This document shows positions 1 through 13,777 of a stretch of DNA of 64,000 nt, one piece after another. This DNA comes from Lama guanicoe (lineage: Eukaryota). The position numbers and the translations under genes were made by a program. How positions within the stretch are numbered: the first letter of the stretch is position 1; every line of letters begins with the position of its first letter. The DNA lies in NCBI GenBank assembly GCA_013239625.1, contig MU053557.1, positions 2,944,123 to 3,008,122 on the forward strand. The letters are read 5' to 3'. The notes beneath the pieces were generated by a model. The model did not search any database and was not told the origin of the DNA. It saw only the letters and a program-made list of their open reading frames with translations.

Positions 1-2540
1 ATGGTACATACTCTTTTTTTTTTCTGGCTTCCTTCACTCAACATAATTATTTTGAGATTAATCCATGTCTTTGTGTGTATCAATAGTCCATTCCTTTTTA
101 TTGCTGACTAGCATTCCATTACATGGATATACTACAGTTTGTTTTCCATTACTGGAATTTGTGTTGTTTCCAATTTTTTGTTATTACAAATAAAGCTGCT
201 AGAAACAATCGTGTGCACGTATTTGCATGTGCTTTTGTTTCTCTTGGGTAAATGCGTAGGAATGGAATAGTTCATTATTATGGTAAGTGTATTGGTAATA
301 TTGTTAAGAAATGCCAATCTAAAGCGATTTTTTCCTAAAGTGATTGCCATCACCCACATGACCCAGAGTTCTAGCCCTTCCACATCCTCATCAGCCCACT
401 GTAGAGGCAGATGTTTTAATTTTCGGCAGTCTACTGGGAATACAGTGGCATACTGTGTTTTAAATATGCATTTTCCTAAATAAGTATCTTTTCCTGTGCT
501 TATTTGTAATCTATATCTTATTTTTCTCACCTTGTTCCACTGGCTAAAACCTCTTATAAAAATTTTAACAGAAGCAGTGAAATTAGACATGCTTGTCTTG
601 TTCCTAAACTTAGGGGAAAACCTTTCAGTTTTTCACCATTTAGTATGATGTTAACTGTAGATTTTTCATTAATGGGTTTATCTGTTAAGGTTAAGGAAGT
701 TTCATTCTATTTCTAGTTTGCTGAGAGGTTGTATCAGGAATGTTTGTTAAATGTTGTCAAGCGTTTTTTTTTTCTGCATCTACTAGGTGATCCATTTTTT
801 CTTTCAATATTTTATTTATGTGGTGAATTACACTAATTGATTTCTTTAATGTTAAAGTAATCTTGCATTTGATTGTGGTGCATTATCTTTCTGTATATTT
901 TTAGATGTTAATTGCAAAAATTGTGTTTATAACTTTTGCATTTATACTCATGAGAGAAATTTGTATCAGGGACTACTGACCTCATTAGAATGAGTTGGGA
1001 ATTAATTATTCACTCCTCTTCAATTTTCTGGAAAAGTGTTGCAGAACTTACCAGTAAGCCATCTGGGCTTGATGTTTTCTGTGGTTTTTAATTACAAATT
1101 CAATTTCTTTAGTAGATACAGTGTTAACCAGGTTATCTATTTTTTTCTTGAGTGGCTTTGGTGTCCTTTCATGGAATTTTTCTATTTCATCTCAGTTGTC
1201 AAATTTATTGGCATAATGTTGTTCACAATATTCTCTTATTATCCTTTTAATATCTGAAGAATCTGTAGAGGTGTACCTCTTTTATTCCTGATGATATTTT
1301 GCATCTTCTGGTTGTTGGGGTTTTTTCCCCCCGATCAATCTGGCTAGATCTTCCCCCAAAACAAGATTTTGGTGTTACTGACCTTCTGTATTATTTTTCT
1401 GTTCTATTTCATTGAGTTTTATCTTTGATCTTCATTATTTCCTTTTTTTCTGCTTACTTTGGATTTCATTTTCTTCTTTGGTTTTTTGAAGTGAAAGCTG
1501 AAGTCATTGATTTGGGACTCTTTTTCTTAATATAGCTGTCTAGTGCTATAGATTTTCTTATAAGTACTGCTTTTGTGGCATCCCACAAATTTTGATATGT
1601 TGTGTTTTCATTTCAAAATAATTTGATTTCCTTTTTAATTTTTTGACCTTTGACTTGTTTAGGTTTGTACTATTCAGCTTTGAAATACTGAAGGAATTTT
1701 CCAGAGATCTTTTCATATTGATTTCTAATTTAATTCCATTGTTGTCAAACATAACATTCTTTGTTTGATTTAAATCCTTTTAATTTTATTGAGATTGATT
1801 TTACAGCCAAGATTATAGCCTAACTTGCTAAATGTTCTAGGTGCACTGAAAAAGAAGGTATTTTCTGCTGCTGTTGAGTGGAATGTTCTATAAATGTCAA
1901 TTAAGTCAAGTTGGCTTATTGTGCTGCTTAAGTCTTCTGTATCATTACTGATTTTCTGCTCTATCAGTTACTGAGAGAAATTGAAATCTCCACATATAAT
2001 TGTAGGTTTGTCTTTTGCTCCTTTCTTTTTTTTTTTAATTTTTGCAGACCTGTTGTCATGCGCATTAACATATAAGACTGTTATTTCTTTCTGATAAATT
2101 GATTCCTTTATCATTAAAGATGACTTTCTTTATCCTTGGTATATACTTTGCTTTGAAATTGATTTTGATATTAACATAGTCACTCTAGCTTTCTTTTGAT
2201 TAGCGTTAGTGTGGTATACATTTTCCTACCCTTTAACTTTAAACCTATTTGTGTCTTTATAGCTAAAGTTGTGTTTCTTGTAGGAAGCATCTAGTTAGAT
2301 TTGGATTTTTTTTTTAATCCTACCAGTCTGAAAATCTCTACTTTTCAGTTGGAGTGTTTATAACGTTTATATTCATTATGCTTATTGATATAGTTAGGGT
2401 GAAATCTGTAACATTATTGTTTTCTATATGTCTCTTCTGTGTTTTTGTTCCCCTTTTCCACTTCTGCCTTCTTTTGGTTTATTGGGTATTTTATGACTTC
2501 ATTTCATCTAATTTTTGAGTATTGAGCCATATTTCTTAGT

Positions 2541-2753
2541 TTTTTTAAACATTTTTATTGATTTATACTCATTTTACAATGTTGTGTCAAATTCCAGTGT
2601 AGAGCACAATTTTTATACATGAACATGTATATAATCATTGTCATATTTTTTTCCCTGTGAGCCACCATAAGATCTTGTATATATTTCCCTGTGTTATACA
2701 GTGTAATCTTGTTTATCTATTCTACAATTTTGAAATCCCAGTCTATCTCTTCT
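2541..2753 (-). mobile_element. Young lineage-specific L1 3' tail (5'-truncated) inserted in the old L1
   Basis: Reverse complement of the 3' UTR at 62740-62940. TSD catatttcttagt (2528-2540) / catattttttagt (2754-2766). Confidence 0.9.
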
Positions 2754-2878
2754 CATATTTTTTAGTTTTGTTGTTTTAATGATTGCTATTGGACTTATGA
2801 TATACATCTTTAAATTACCACAGTCTGACTTTTGGTGATTTTATACTACTTCATATATAGCATAAAAACCTTACAACA

Positions 2879-3366
2879 CAGGCATACCCTGGAGATACTG
2901 CAGGTTCATTTCTAGACCAATGCAATAAAGAGAATATCACGATAAAGCAAGTCACATAAATGTTTGGTTTCCCAGTGCATGCAAAAGTTATGTTTACACT
3001 ATACTGTGGTCTCTTAAGTGTGCAATAGCATTATGTCTGAAAAAATGTACATGCCTTAATGAAAAAATATTTTATTGCTAAAAAATGCTAACCATCATCT
3101 GAGCCTTCAGCAAGTCATAGTAGTAACATCAAAGATCACTGATCACAGATCATTATAACAAATATAATAATAAAAAGATTTAACTATGTGAGAGATATCA
3201 AAATGTGACACAGAGACAGGAAGTGAGCTAATGCTGTTAAACATTATGGAAACATGGTGCTGACAGACTTGCTTGACAAAAAATTGCCATAAACCTTCCA
3301 TTTGTAAAAGAATGCAGTATCTGTGAAATGCAATAAAGCCAGCCACAATAAAATGAAGTACACCTG
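2879..3366 (-). mobile_element. Tigger1-derived non-autonomous DNA transposon (Tigger1a-like internal deletion derivative)
   Basis: Termini CAGGCATACC...GAAGTACACCTG resemble Tigger1 TIRs. Both Tigger1 ends are joined over ~490 bp. Flanks CA/TG are consistent with a mutated TA TSD. Confidence 0.85.
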
Positions 3367-5230
3367 TGTTATATTTCCATTTCTCCCCCCAGTCTCTGTG
3401 ATATTGTTCTTGTACACTTGACTTTTACATGCTACAAATATCACACTGTATTGTTATTATTTTATTTAGTCAATTCTCTTTTAAAGTAACTTAACTAATA
3501 ATTAAAAAGCTTTCAGTTTTGCCATACGGTTACTGTTTCTGGTTCCCTAAATTCCTTCCTATACACCTGGTATCATTTTCCTTCTGCCTAAAGAACTTCC
3601 TTTAACATTTCTTATAGCACAGTTCTGCTGGATAGGAATTATTGTAGCTTTTGTATGTTTGAAAAGTTTTTAAACATATTTTTTTCCACTGGGTATAGAA
3701 CTCTAGGTTGACATAGATTCATCTTTTCTGGACTTCAAAAATGATGCTGCATCATTTTCTACAAAATATCTCCTGTCATCTCTATTTTTGTTCTTCTGTA
3801 TGTAATGCCTCCTTTTTCTTCTGGCTGCTTTAAAAATTTTTCTTTAATAGTTTTTTCTTTCTTATAGTTTAAACAGTTTATATTGTGTGTTGGTATGAGA
3901 TTTTTTGGCTCAGTGTATTTATAATTTTCACCAAATTTGGAAAAATTTCAGCCATTAATTCTTCAAAGAAATTTTTCTGCCCCCATTCCTTCCCCTTTGG
4001 AGACTCCAGCTAAATATAGATTAATCCACTGGAAGCTGCAACAGTGCTTTGTTCATCCTTTAAAAGTCTTTATTTTCCCTCCATTTTATTTTGAATATTT
4101 TCTATCGCTGGGTCTTAAAGCTTACTCATTTTTTCTTCTGCAGTGTCTAATCTGCCAGTTAGTTCAATTTGAGTCTATTTTTATTTCTTTCGTATCTCAA
4201 CTTAATATTTGAATGCATGTAATAGAGTTATAACTGTTTTAATGTCCTTCTCCGCTAATCATCACATCTGTGTTAGTTCTGGGTTAGTTACAAATGATTA
4301 ATTTTTCTCCTCGTTATGAGTTGTATTCTCCTTGATCATTGCATGCCCAGTAATTTTTTACTGGATGACAGACACTGTGAATTTTACCTTGTTGAGTACT
4401 GTATATTTTTGTTTCCCTATGAATACTTTCAGATTTTTTTCTGGGAGGCAGTTAAGTTACTTGGAAATAGTATGATCTCTTCAGATATATTAAGTGGAAC
4501 CACAGCTCAGTTTAGTCTAGGGCTAATTATTGTCACTCCTGAAGCTATAACCTTCTGAGTACTTTACACACTTGTTCCATGAATGATGAAGTTTTTCAGT
4601 TCGCTGGATGGGCCCTGTGTGAGCACCAGGTGCTGTTCATCCCAACCTTCTTGGGTGGCTCCCAGTAGTTTCTTCATGTATACACTGATCACTACTCTGC
4701 TGAATAACTGATGTGGAGCCTCTAAAATTTCTGCAGTTCTCTTTCTAAACAGATCTCTTATCTCTAGTTCCTTGTCCTACAAACTTCAGCTTCCTCAGTC
4801 TGACTCTCAGCTCCATCTCCTCGACTCAGAGAATCTTCTAGGATCTGCCTGAGTTCCCCTTCTTTGCGCCATGGTCTGGAAACTCTCTCATGGTTGTAAG
4901 CTGGGGCAATTGTGGGGCTGACATCATTTTGCCCTGTCTCTCAGAGATGATTGTCCTTCGGTGTCTTAAAAATCATTGCTTCACATATTGTGCCCTTTTG
5001 CTTATTGGTTGCAGAAATGAGGGTGAACCCAGTCTCTGTTATTCCATCTTGGTCAGAAGCAGCAGTCCAATAAACTGAACAACTTTTTTTAAAGTGCTTC
5101 TCCTAGTTTGAACATCTCACTTCAGTAGATCTGCAGAGAGCACTGAACTGATATCTGGACTGAGTTTGTCTGTTCTCTCTACTATTTTTAAAGGATTAGC
5201 TATTTTATTGAATAGGATCAGTCCTTGATG

Positions 5231-5343
5231 AAAGAAAAAGAAAGAAAGAGAGGAAGGAAGGAGAAGGAAGGAAGGAAGGAAGGAGTAGGAAGGAAGGAAG
5301 GAAGGAAGGAAGGAAGGAAGGAAGGAAGGAAGGAAGGAAAAGA
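5231..5343. repeat. (GGAA)n / purine-rich microsatellite
   Basis: Direct reading of the sequence. Confidence 0.97.
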
Positions 5344-5934
5344 AACCCACTAGGCTATGTTTACATTCTACATCCCTTTGCCCTCAAGCACTACCAGAAT
5401 TATTTTCCTTGCTTATGTTTCCATCCAGTGAAAATACTGACTTGCTCTAAGAAGTTCCTGGCTTCCCACTGTGACACTCATCACCCCTGTGGCCTCTCTA
5501 ATGTATCTATCCTTCATACCACTCTCTCAGACCAAGTTTTCTGCAAAAGGCAGTGTTAACCGGTGAAATCAATCATTCTAGGCCCTGAGGTACTATTTAT
5601 TGCTTATAACCAATTGCACTACAAGAGATTCTTTAAAAAGTTCTTACAGGATTCCTGGAAGTAGAAATGTAAGTCACCATAGAAGACCATCTCTAGACAC
5701 AATGAGTATTTTCTCACTATATCATACCAGTCAGGTGACCAGAATATTTACTCATATAAAACTAACTTTGAAATTATATACATAATCAAAACAATTTCTG
5801 ATACAGTTCTGGCTTCTAATAAGATTATTGTTTCTACATCAAAACCCAGCTCCTCCAGCAGATACTGTCTCCTCAGATAGTTCATTATTCTCTCTTCCAC
5901 ATTTTCTCTTTATTTTGTACTTATGGAAAATGAT

Positions 5935-6400
5935 ATGTCAGAAACTCCTGGTTGCCTAGGAATATCCCTCCTTTCCTTCTACCTCACTAATAGATTCTTG
6001 ATTTTGTCCATTGCTACACACTGCCCTGTTAAACAAACAAACAAACAAAACCACTTGGAATCATAGACTACTCCCTTGCAGCGAGGCATGGCCATGTGAC
6101 TCATACATGCTTCTTGGAGTATCTGGAAATATTTCTCGTCTCATGATATAGATGCCACCTTTCCCCCATTTACCACTGCTCCCCTTTTTCTTTTCTGAAA
6201 TAATATGTGACGACCGGAGCTACTGCAGTCTTCTGGCATTCCAAGAAAAAAGGACCACTGAACCCTTGGCCCTGATACCTTTAAGCCACTGAACCAACAC
6301 AACTGCCTGCCTCTGGCTTTTCAGGGCAGGAAAAAAAAAAAACACCCAACTTTAATTTGTGGAAGCCACTCTTTACTCAGTGACACCTGAATCCCATCCC
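5935..6400 (+). mobile_element. Old MaLR LTR (MLT1-type) remnant
   Basis: Motifs 'cccttgcagcgaggcatggccatgtgact' and 'ttaagccactg' typical of MLT1 LTRs. Confidence 0.45.
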
Positions 6401-6604
6401 ACACACACAAATGGAAAAAGAAGATGTTATCTCTGCATAATTACACAATCATTTTTACTTCTTCCATGAGAAAAACCAGTCATTTTTAGATTTTAAGAGG
6501 TAATTCAGTTCAGAACAATACATTTTACATATCTTTTGACTGACTGCTTTTAAACTTTAACCAAAATGCCAAGTATCAAAGTACACACAGCACTACATTA
6601 TAGA

Positions 6605-6720
6605 CTGTTTGTAGACTCTGAATTCTTTAAGGGCAGGACCTTTATCTTATTTACCCTTTCACCTTTAGAACCTAGAGCACCTCTTGGCACTTATTAAAAG
6701 ATCAGGAAGTGATCAGAAAT
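6605..6720 (+). mobile_element. L2 3'-end fragment
   Basis: 'tagactctgaattctttaagggcaggacc...cctagagcacctcttggcac' resembles the L2 terminus. Confidence 0.5.
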
Positions 6721-8825
6721 TAGACTAGAAGGAGAAGTTCTTTAATCCCAGGGCAGAAGCTGTTTCCACTGGATAAAAATCAGCACTCAGATACACGATA
6801 TGACAGGCAAGCAGAAGGGAGCCAGGGCCACTTGCTCTTTGTCACAGTGTCTCACTCCCTGTAATACAGAGAACCTTGTGGGGCTCTATGAGGAAGAAAG
6901 TGCCTTCCAGTATCCTGAAGAATAAATAACAACTTGCCACAAAGAAGCCCTGAGAGATGTTTTAGCAAATACTCTACCATTTTCAGTATTTTTCTGCCTG
7001 TAATTACTTTTCACCAAAGATAGCAATCATAGTGGGGGGGGGAGCTCTCATACTGGCTTCACTTAAAATGGATGGTGAATTATAAAGCACTAGTGGCAAG
7101 AAGCCAAACCATGACCTGCTTATTTAATTTTGTTTTCTCCTGGACAGATGATTCACTCATCAATTGCCTCAGATCTGAGAGGGGTGGTTTTCTCTGGCTG
7201 ATGGGCTCTGAGACCAACAGGAACCAGCACCGGCTCCAGTTCAATTTCTTCTCAGTAAATGAAGGTTAGACAAGTTATGGAGGCATGAAACACCCAACTC
7301 CAGAGTTACTGACATCTGAAATTGCCTAAGTTTGAGGTCAGGCTTCTGCCTAAAGACCTGCAAGAGCATCTTTGGGCCCCATCTTTGGAAAGGACAGATA
7401 AGATGTAGCTCAATGGGAAAAGGCAATGGTGACATTTAAATTATTTGGTATTTTGTAATTTTATATATTGGAAGCCATTCTCTTCAAATCCACAGGCCTA
7501 TAACCCGAAGAAAGGTCACTCATAGCATGGCAGCTAGAGGATTTTGAATAAATCAGGAAAGGAAGGGTTGAAAAGCCCATTTGTCCTACAAGCTGGCGAA
7601 TGGATTTACAATGAGGATTTTTAAATGAAGGTGGAATTTGCAACCATTCGTTTGAACAGGCATGCCTAGGCTACCTGATAAATAATACATTTGTATTATG
7701 CTTATGAAATATGCAAATGGAGTCCTATTTGCAAATAAATGCCTTGAAGAATTTTCTAAAACTTCAGATGTGCCCTAATCCTAGGATTCACTGGATTCGT
7801 ATTTGTGAGGTTTTTATTTTATTTTGTGACAGCTGCCATAAATTCAATTAAACTGTATGACAAATGAAGTTTTGGTGGTGCTTGTTTTTTTCTTGCTGAA
7901 GGAAGAAAACGATCAAAAGGTTGGCAGGATGGGAAGAAGGAGCACATGTGCAAACAGGGAAATCAAACAGCGCCACATCAAAACAAGAAGGAAGGAAATC
8001 CAGCCAGCTAAGCAGGTACAGCCGAATTTGTTATCCTCGTCCTTCACCCTCTTTGTCCACATTCCTTTTTTTCCCTTGCTATGGAAAAAAAGCAGAAGCA
8101 ATTAGAATTTGCCAAGTTAGAAGCTAAAACAATGCTCTGACAGCAAACGGAAATAGAAAGCAAAACCTCCGAATCTGTAGGCATGAAAAATATGGAAAGG
8201 GATGGTCATTTTAAATGTGTTCCAGGATTACAGAGCAAGCTCCCAACAGCCACCAAAGCACTCCCAACTTGACGGGCTTCTTGTCAACTGAAGCTCCAAA
8301 TTGCCACATGTGTGTACCCACAGACGTACCACCTAGTAGGGACACACATACGGAAATGCACGAACATGATGCCAAATTCCCTTTGCACACTAGACGTGTT
8401 CTTTAGCCCTAGAGTTACTGCCTGTTGCAGCTTTGCTGTACTCTGGCCACCAAGAGAAGCAGGACTCAGAGTCCTCACCACAGCCCCATTGGTTCAGTGA
8501 TTATAAGCAAAGAAATGAAAGCAGAGAAGTGAAGGGGCTCATAACTAGCAAAGCTGGAGTCAGAAGTCAAGTCTCCCTGCTTATCACATCTCCATTGGGT
8601 GCCTCTGTTGTAAAAGGCAGATGGAATTTCTGTGACCTGAATTCGATCCTACATGTATGAGGGAAGCTTGCAGGTTAACAGGAACCTCAGCGTTCCCTGG
8701 TAAATGAAGTATCCATTAGTAATAGTCAATTAGTAAAATCAGACTTCTTTTTCAAACTCTACACATACATCAAGTACAAAAGGTGGCAGTCAAGAGGGGC
8801 ATTAAAGAGGAAATGCTTTGGTTCG

Positions 8826-9011
8826 CTTTTTAAAATTTTTTAACTGTTTTATTTTTTCTTATCTTTTTTTTTTGTTTTGTTTTGGGTTTTTTTAGGGGGT
8901 TAACTGTGTTTATTTACCTATTTATTTTTTAAGTAGAGGTACTGAGGTTGAACCCAGGACTTCCTGCGTGTTGAGCACATACTCTACCCACTGAGCTAAA
9001 TCCTCCACCCC
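8826..9011 (-). mobile_element. Camelid tRNA-derived SINE (Vic-1-like)
   Basis: Minus strand reads GGGGTGGAGGATTTAGCTCAGTGGGTAGAG...GTCCTGGGTTCAACCTCAGTACCTC (Pol III A/B boxes), followed by an A-rich tail. Confidence 0.85.
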
Positions 9012-9439
9012 AGCTTGCTTTTTGATTTTCTGAATTTCCCCCCTCTTAGGCTTTTTTTCGGTCACACAGTTCCCCCGCCCAGGAAGACCTCTTCTCTAGC
9101 TGGAGCCCAGGATGCTGGACAGAGTGTCTCCCTAAACAGCCAGGTGTAGGAAGAACCCCAGAATGACCAGACACACATGGCTCAACTGTGGAACTAACGC
9201 CACTGAACCAGACGCAGATTCATCCTCCTCAGGGAGAGGAGTTGCCAAGGGAAATGCCACTTTGCAGGGCATACGCAACTCAGCCTCTTGTAGTTTTGTG
9301 CACACACATACACAAAGTTGTGTGATAAACAAACAGCAGGAAGGGCGATTACAGAGACAGGAGAGACCAAGTGAGGCGAATATCGTTGGAATTGGGCCCC
9401 TTCCCCAAGCTTCAGGGCTGGTGGAATGCTGTGCTTATT

Positions 9440-10240
9440 ATATCATTTATTCTTTCAATAAATTGTTCAACAAATGTTTCTTGAGGGCCAACCCTGTCCA
9501 AAGCATATATGGGGATTTGGAAAATAAGGCTGCGGGTCTCATGAAACTTGCATTCTAGGAGATGTGAAGAGAGACAACCATGAAATAAATAAATACATGA
9601 CACAGTAAGTAATGATAAGTTCTGTGAAGCACAAAGAAGCTGGTTAAGGGGCACAGGAAGCTAAAGGGGACACAAGTTTACCTAAGAAGGTCAGATTAGT
9701 CTCCTCTAACAAAGTGACATTTGAACAAAGATCTAAAAGAACTGAATGAGTGAGTGAGACACTGGGAGAAGGCATTCCAGGGAGAGGGAACAGCCTCTGC
9801 AAAATTCCTAAGTCTGGCAAGTGCTCTGTGTTTGGGGACCACTGCAGAAATGAGTGCAGTCACAGAGGGGGAGGGAGGGGAGCGGCAGGTAACAAGGATA
9901 GAGAGGCGGTGGTGGTGGGCAGATCACCAGGGCTTAACACTTAGGACATGGCAGGGACTTTTACCTTATACTCTGAATGAAATGAGAAGTCACCAGAGAA
10001 CCCGGCTGCTGCACAGAAAAGAAACAAGAATGAAAGCAGAGACTACAATAGTCAAGTGAGAAACAGAAGAGAATGGTAGCAGTGCAGTGAATGAGGAGTG
10101 TTGGATGTCAGGTATGCAAGAAAGCCAGCGTGAAGGGTGATGCCAAGATGGGAAAATGGAGCTATCATGAACTTGAGATGAGGAGGAGCGGGTTGAGAGG
10201 TGTTTTGTCTACATGATGCTCTGATGCCTATTAGATATTA
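9440..10240 (-). mobile_element. L2 (L2a-like) fragment
   Basis: 'ttcaacaaatgtttcttgagggcc', 'gtgacatttgaacaaagatct', 'ggcattccagggagagggaacagc'. Confidence 0.75.
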
Positions 10241-11634
10241 AATGTGCATTATAGACCATCACCTGCCTTCACTATGACCCTTTCCTCTGTGCCAAAACTA
10301 TCATATTAATAGGATGTGTGAATTTCATTGACATCCATCTTCAGCCCTGGAGTATGGTCCCCTGAGCACAGTGACTATGCCTAACTCTTTCCACTCTATA
10401 CTTAGCACCAAGCATGACACCTGACTTGTTGTTGGCACTTGGTAACTAGCAAACTGGTGAATGGACAAAGTATGGAGTTGGGGTTCCTCCCAACAACTCC
10501 CTGTGGTAGGAACTGGGCTAACTGCATCTCTGCTTCCACAGTCTGCCTGGACCAGATCAGAAAGCCAAACTGCACCCACGGAACGGCACCTGCATGGGTG
10601 CCACAGGGGTCTGTGTCTTCTCTTTCCCTCTGGCTGAGGTCACAGCTTCACTGCAATTCCAGGTTCTTGAATGCAGATGTTATTTCATTATAAAATTAAG
10701 GAGAATTCCCAGAAAATATATTTACAAAAGAAATCCTGTAGATGTATTTCCTTGATTTTAAATGGCACTATGGCTACCTTATTTTAAGTTTCCCACCCAT
10801 GTTAATTTGAAAATTTATTCTGAGATCCCTCTGAGGTCTCACCCAACCCACCAGAACATCCTACTCATACAACCTGTACCTCCAGCATCACACCCTGAAA
10901 CTGTCATGCTCATGCCGGTTTCACCTCTAGTCAGAGCAGGTTACAGGCTGCCTTACAGGAAGCCCCACTCCCCAAGGTACAAGCTGATCTTCCTGCTTAA
11001 AATTCCACCACTAAGAGGCAATTCTCTGCGTTGACTTTTCCTTTCAGGAACCCTTCAACAGATGGGTCAAAAAATGAAGTCATAATTTTCTATTAATATT
11101 TTATCAGCGTAGAACAATCTCTGTGCAACTCATTGCACCCAGAAGGGGATGGGTTGCATCTAAGACAGGGATTTGGAGAGATCTCACCAGCTCCCCTTTG
11201 GCAGCTCAGCCGACATAAGATTCGGGTATTAGGCAGCAGAGTGTGAGTGCTGGTGTTTTAAGAAAACTCCACCCTGTTATACAGAGGCAAAGGCATAGAA
11301 GCAAAGCCATATTTATGGCAGACACACTGGCCAACTACTGTCCAACCTTTATCTGAGAAAAAAAAAGACGGTTCCATAGTCAAATAAGTTGGAGACATTC
11401 TGCTTATGATTTCCCTGTCTTGGATATTTACAATGGGCATTAGCAGGTTGGATTCTGGGAGAAGTCTAAGATTTCAGCAATCTGTTTAACCTTCTCTAAT
11501 ACAGCATTTTTGCAAACATACTTTAATTCGTGGCTAAACATCTTTAGAAATATGGTACAGTTTATAAGAGAAAGAGCTCATGTCTTTTACTTGGAAGTTA
11601 ATAGTCTGAAAGAAGGGAGAAGTCTGCCTAACAT

Positions 11635-11755
11635 ACTGAAGAGCACAGTCCCTGATTGGGTTCAGAAGCCCAGGTTCAAATCCTTCACTAACCTATTTAC
11701 TTTGTGGCCTCAGTGAGTTACTTAACCTCTCTGTGCCTTTTGTAAAATGAAAATT
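11635..11755 (+). mobile_element. MIR fragment
   Basis: Core 'gttcaaatcc...gagttacttaacctctctgtgcct...tgtaaaatg'. Confidence 0.65.
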
Positions 11756-11909
11756 GAATCTGTTTTTACTTCTAAGCATTTTATTTCTAATGCACGTAGT
11801 ATAATATCGATGCAGAAGAAACAGGAGCCAGGCTTTTATAATTTAGGCTTATTTTTGTACTCTCCAGGACTCTATTTCTACCTCTGATAGCACCCCTAGT
11901 TTAGAGTAG

Positions 11910-12110
11910 CCAAGAGCAGTGGCTAAGAGCAAGGGATTTTGGATTAAAACTCACTTAGCTCAAATCCTGGCTCTGCTATTTACTAGCTGTGTGGTCCTGG
12001 GCAAGTTAGTCGACCTCTCTGGGCCTCAGTTTCTTTATCTGTGAAATAGACCTGTTGGGAGGATCAAAATAATCAAGTACATAGAAGGTCCAGTCAAGGG
12101 CCTAGCTCAG
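11910..12110 (+). mobile_element. MIR
   Basis: 'tcaaatcctggctctgctatttactagctgtgtggtcctgggcaagtta...ctctgggcctcagtttctttatctgtgaaat'. Confidence 0.85.
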
Positions 12111-12934
12111 AGTAAACGACACAGGAAAAAGCTGTCACACGGGTTCTGGCCGTTATTTTCTGTCTCCCAACTTTTCATCTCTGGCTTGACTTTCATGGCT
12201 CTCGTTAACCTCATCACTGAGCACTTTCGATCCTGGTAGCCAACACTCCGGACAATGGGGTCTTCCAAATCGCTCTCCAATCCCACTTCCCAAACTGTAG
12301 CTGCCACCCTGGGGCAACTGGTGTTTATAATTGACTTCCAGATCCCTGGTCCAGCTGCAGGGAAGGAGAACAGACAATGATTTCTCTTCCCATAGCCTCC
12401 CACACATTAGTTTTCCCAGCATGTCTGACATTTGACTTCTACCTCCCCCCGGGCTGTGATTACTCAGACAAAGTGAAGTGGACAGATGGAACAATTATTT
12501 GGAAAGCTCAGCCAATGGGAAACAAAACAAAAAGACAAGCCAAGAAAACCCTACCCTGAGCCTTGCAGTTGAGGGAAAGAGTTTATTGGTTTAAATGATT
12601 CTTACTGCCTGCTGGCATTGATTGCATTTTCCAGGTAATTGCTCAACGCTCCCATTAGTTTGCCCAAGCAGAGAAATGATACCTTCTTAGATACTGGCAC
12701 CACAGGTAGCCTTCTCTGGCAGGAATAGATGTGTTTGGGCAAAGCTTGCCTATACAGCAAATTTTTGTTGGGTGACTCCAGTCCATTCACTGGCTTTCAG
12801 AAGAAACATGAGAGGTGTTGCAGGAGTTGGGGGAAAAGGATGTGGTAAGAAATATCATGTTAAAACAAAGCATACTTTTAAAATCATGTGTTTGAAAATC
12901 TTCTGAGGAATTTCTAATTATAATGTTTCACAGG

Positions 12935-13170
12935 TATGGAACCAAACAGCCTGGGTTCAGTTTTGGGCTTCGCCATACTTTTGTGGTGCGTGTGACTTAG
13001 TAGAAATTATTTAGTCTCTGAGTCTTGGTTTCCTGGTCTCCCCACTGGGAGATAATGACAGCAACTCATTCATAGAGTGGTGAGAACAGGAAAGAGTGAT
13101 GTGGGTCCAGAACTGAGCCTGGTGCCTGCCACCCAGTAAAGTCCCCAGAAATGGTGATTTACTGCATTAC
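12935..13170 (+). mobile_element. MIR
   Basis: 'cagcctgggttcag...tgtgacttag...tctctgagtcttggtttcc' plus a MIR 3' end. Confidence 0.65.
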
Positions 13171-13777
13171 AATAAATGGCTGTTATGAATGAATCACTAG
13201 CAAATAGACCTGTTTCCAGTTATAAAAGCTAAAGATGGACAGCCTTGAACTCCAGGTGATGGTGGCTCAGGGCCCCGCGTTCTACAGGTTTGAGCTCTTT
13301 TCTGGTTCAATCCATAGACTTCTGCAATTTCAAAATCTCTGGTGCACATTTCTATTCATCAACAGGCACCCCTGTGCCTATATATCCCCATATGTCGACA
13401 TACAGGATATTTTCCCATGGAGTTTGGAGTCCACTCTTCACAAATTCAGTCAGAATCTGGTTGTGTCCCAGCCCAACAGGGAGTGTAGGTTGGCTGGGGA
13501 GGCTGCAGGCCCTTCTCAGACTTTTAAGGTGGAAACAGCTCTCTGGGCGGAAGAGCAGGGAGCCTGTGCTGCCCTCTCCTGGATGCCACCCTGCCTCACT
13601 TCAGGGAAACAATGCATAACCCGAGGTCATGCAAATTGTGTCTCAGTTTTCATGACCTTGGGTTCTAGAACAGAAATCAAAGGCAACCTTGGAAGGTGCC
13701 GAGCTGAAATATTTCTCATCTGTGTAATGGGTCAGCCAAAGGGGTCAAAGACCTTTCTAGAACAATAATAAACACTG

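Larger units (their letters stand above)
1..5070 (-). mobile_element. Old, degenerate L1 (L1MC/L1MD-like), internally deleted; 3' UTR at the left, ORF2 remnants in the middle, 5'/ORF1-region remnants at the right; interrupted by two insertions
   Basis: T-rich antisense L1 motifs: 'ccttcactcaacataattattttgagattaatccatg', 'ttcctaaacttaggggaaaacctttcagtttttcaccatttagtatgatgtt', 'ggaatgttctataaatgtcaattaagtcaagttgg'. No intact ORF. Confidence 0.85.

Noticed and set aside
5231..5343. Tandem repeat as a CRISPR-like or functional array; LPSF-repeat ORF
   Set aside because: Simple (GGAA)n microsatellite with no spacers.
13235..13768. 177-aa ORF with an ATG start
   Set aside because: No recognisable domain, no promoter or retrocopy hallmarks (poly-A, TSD); compatible with chance.
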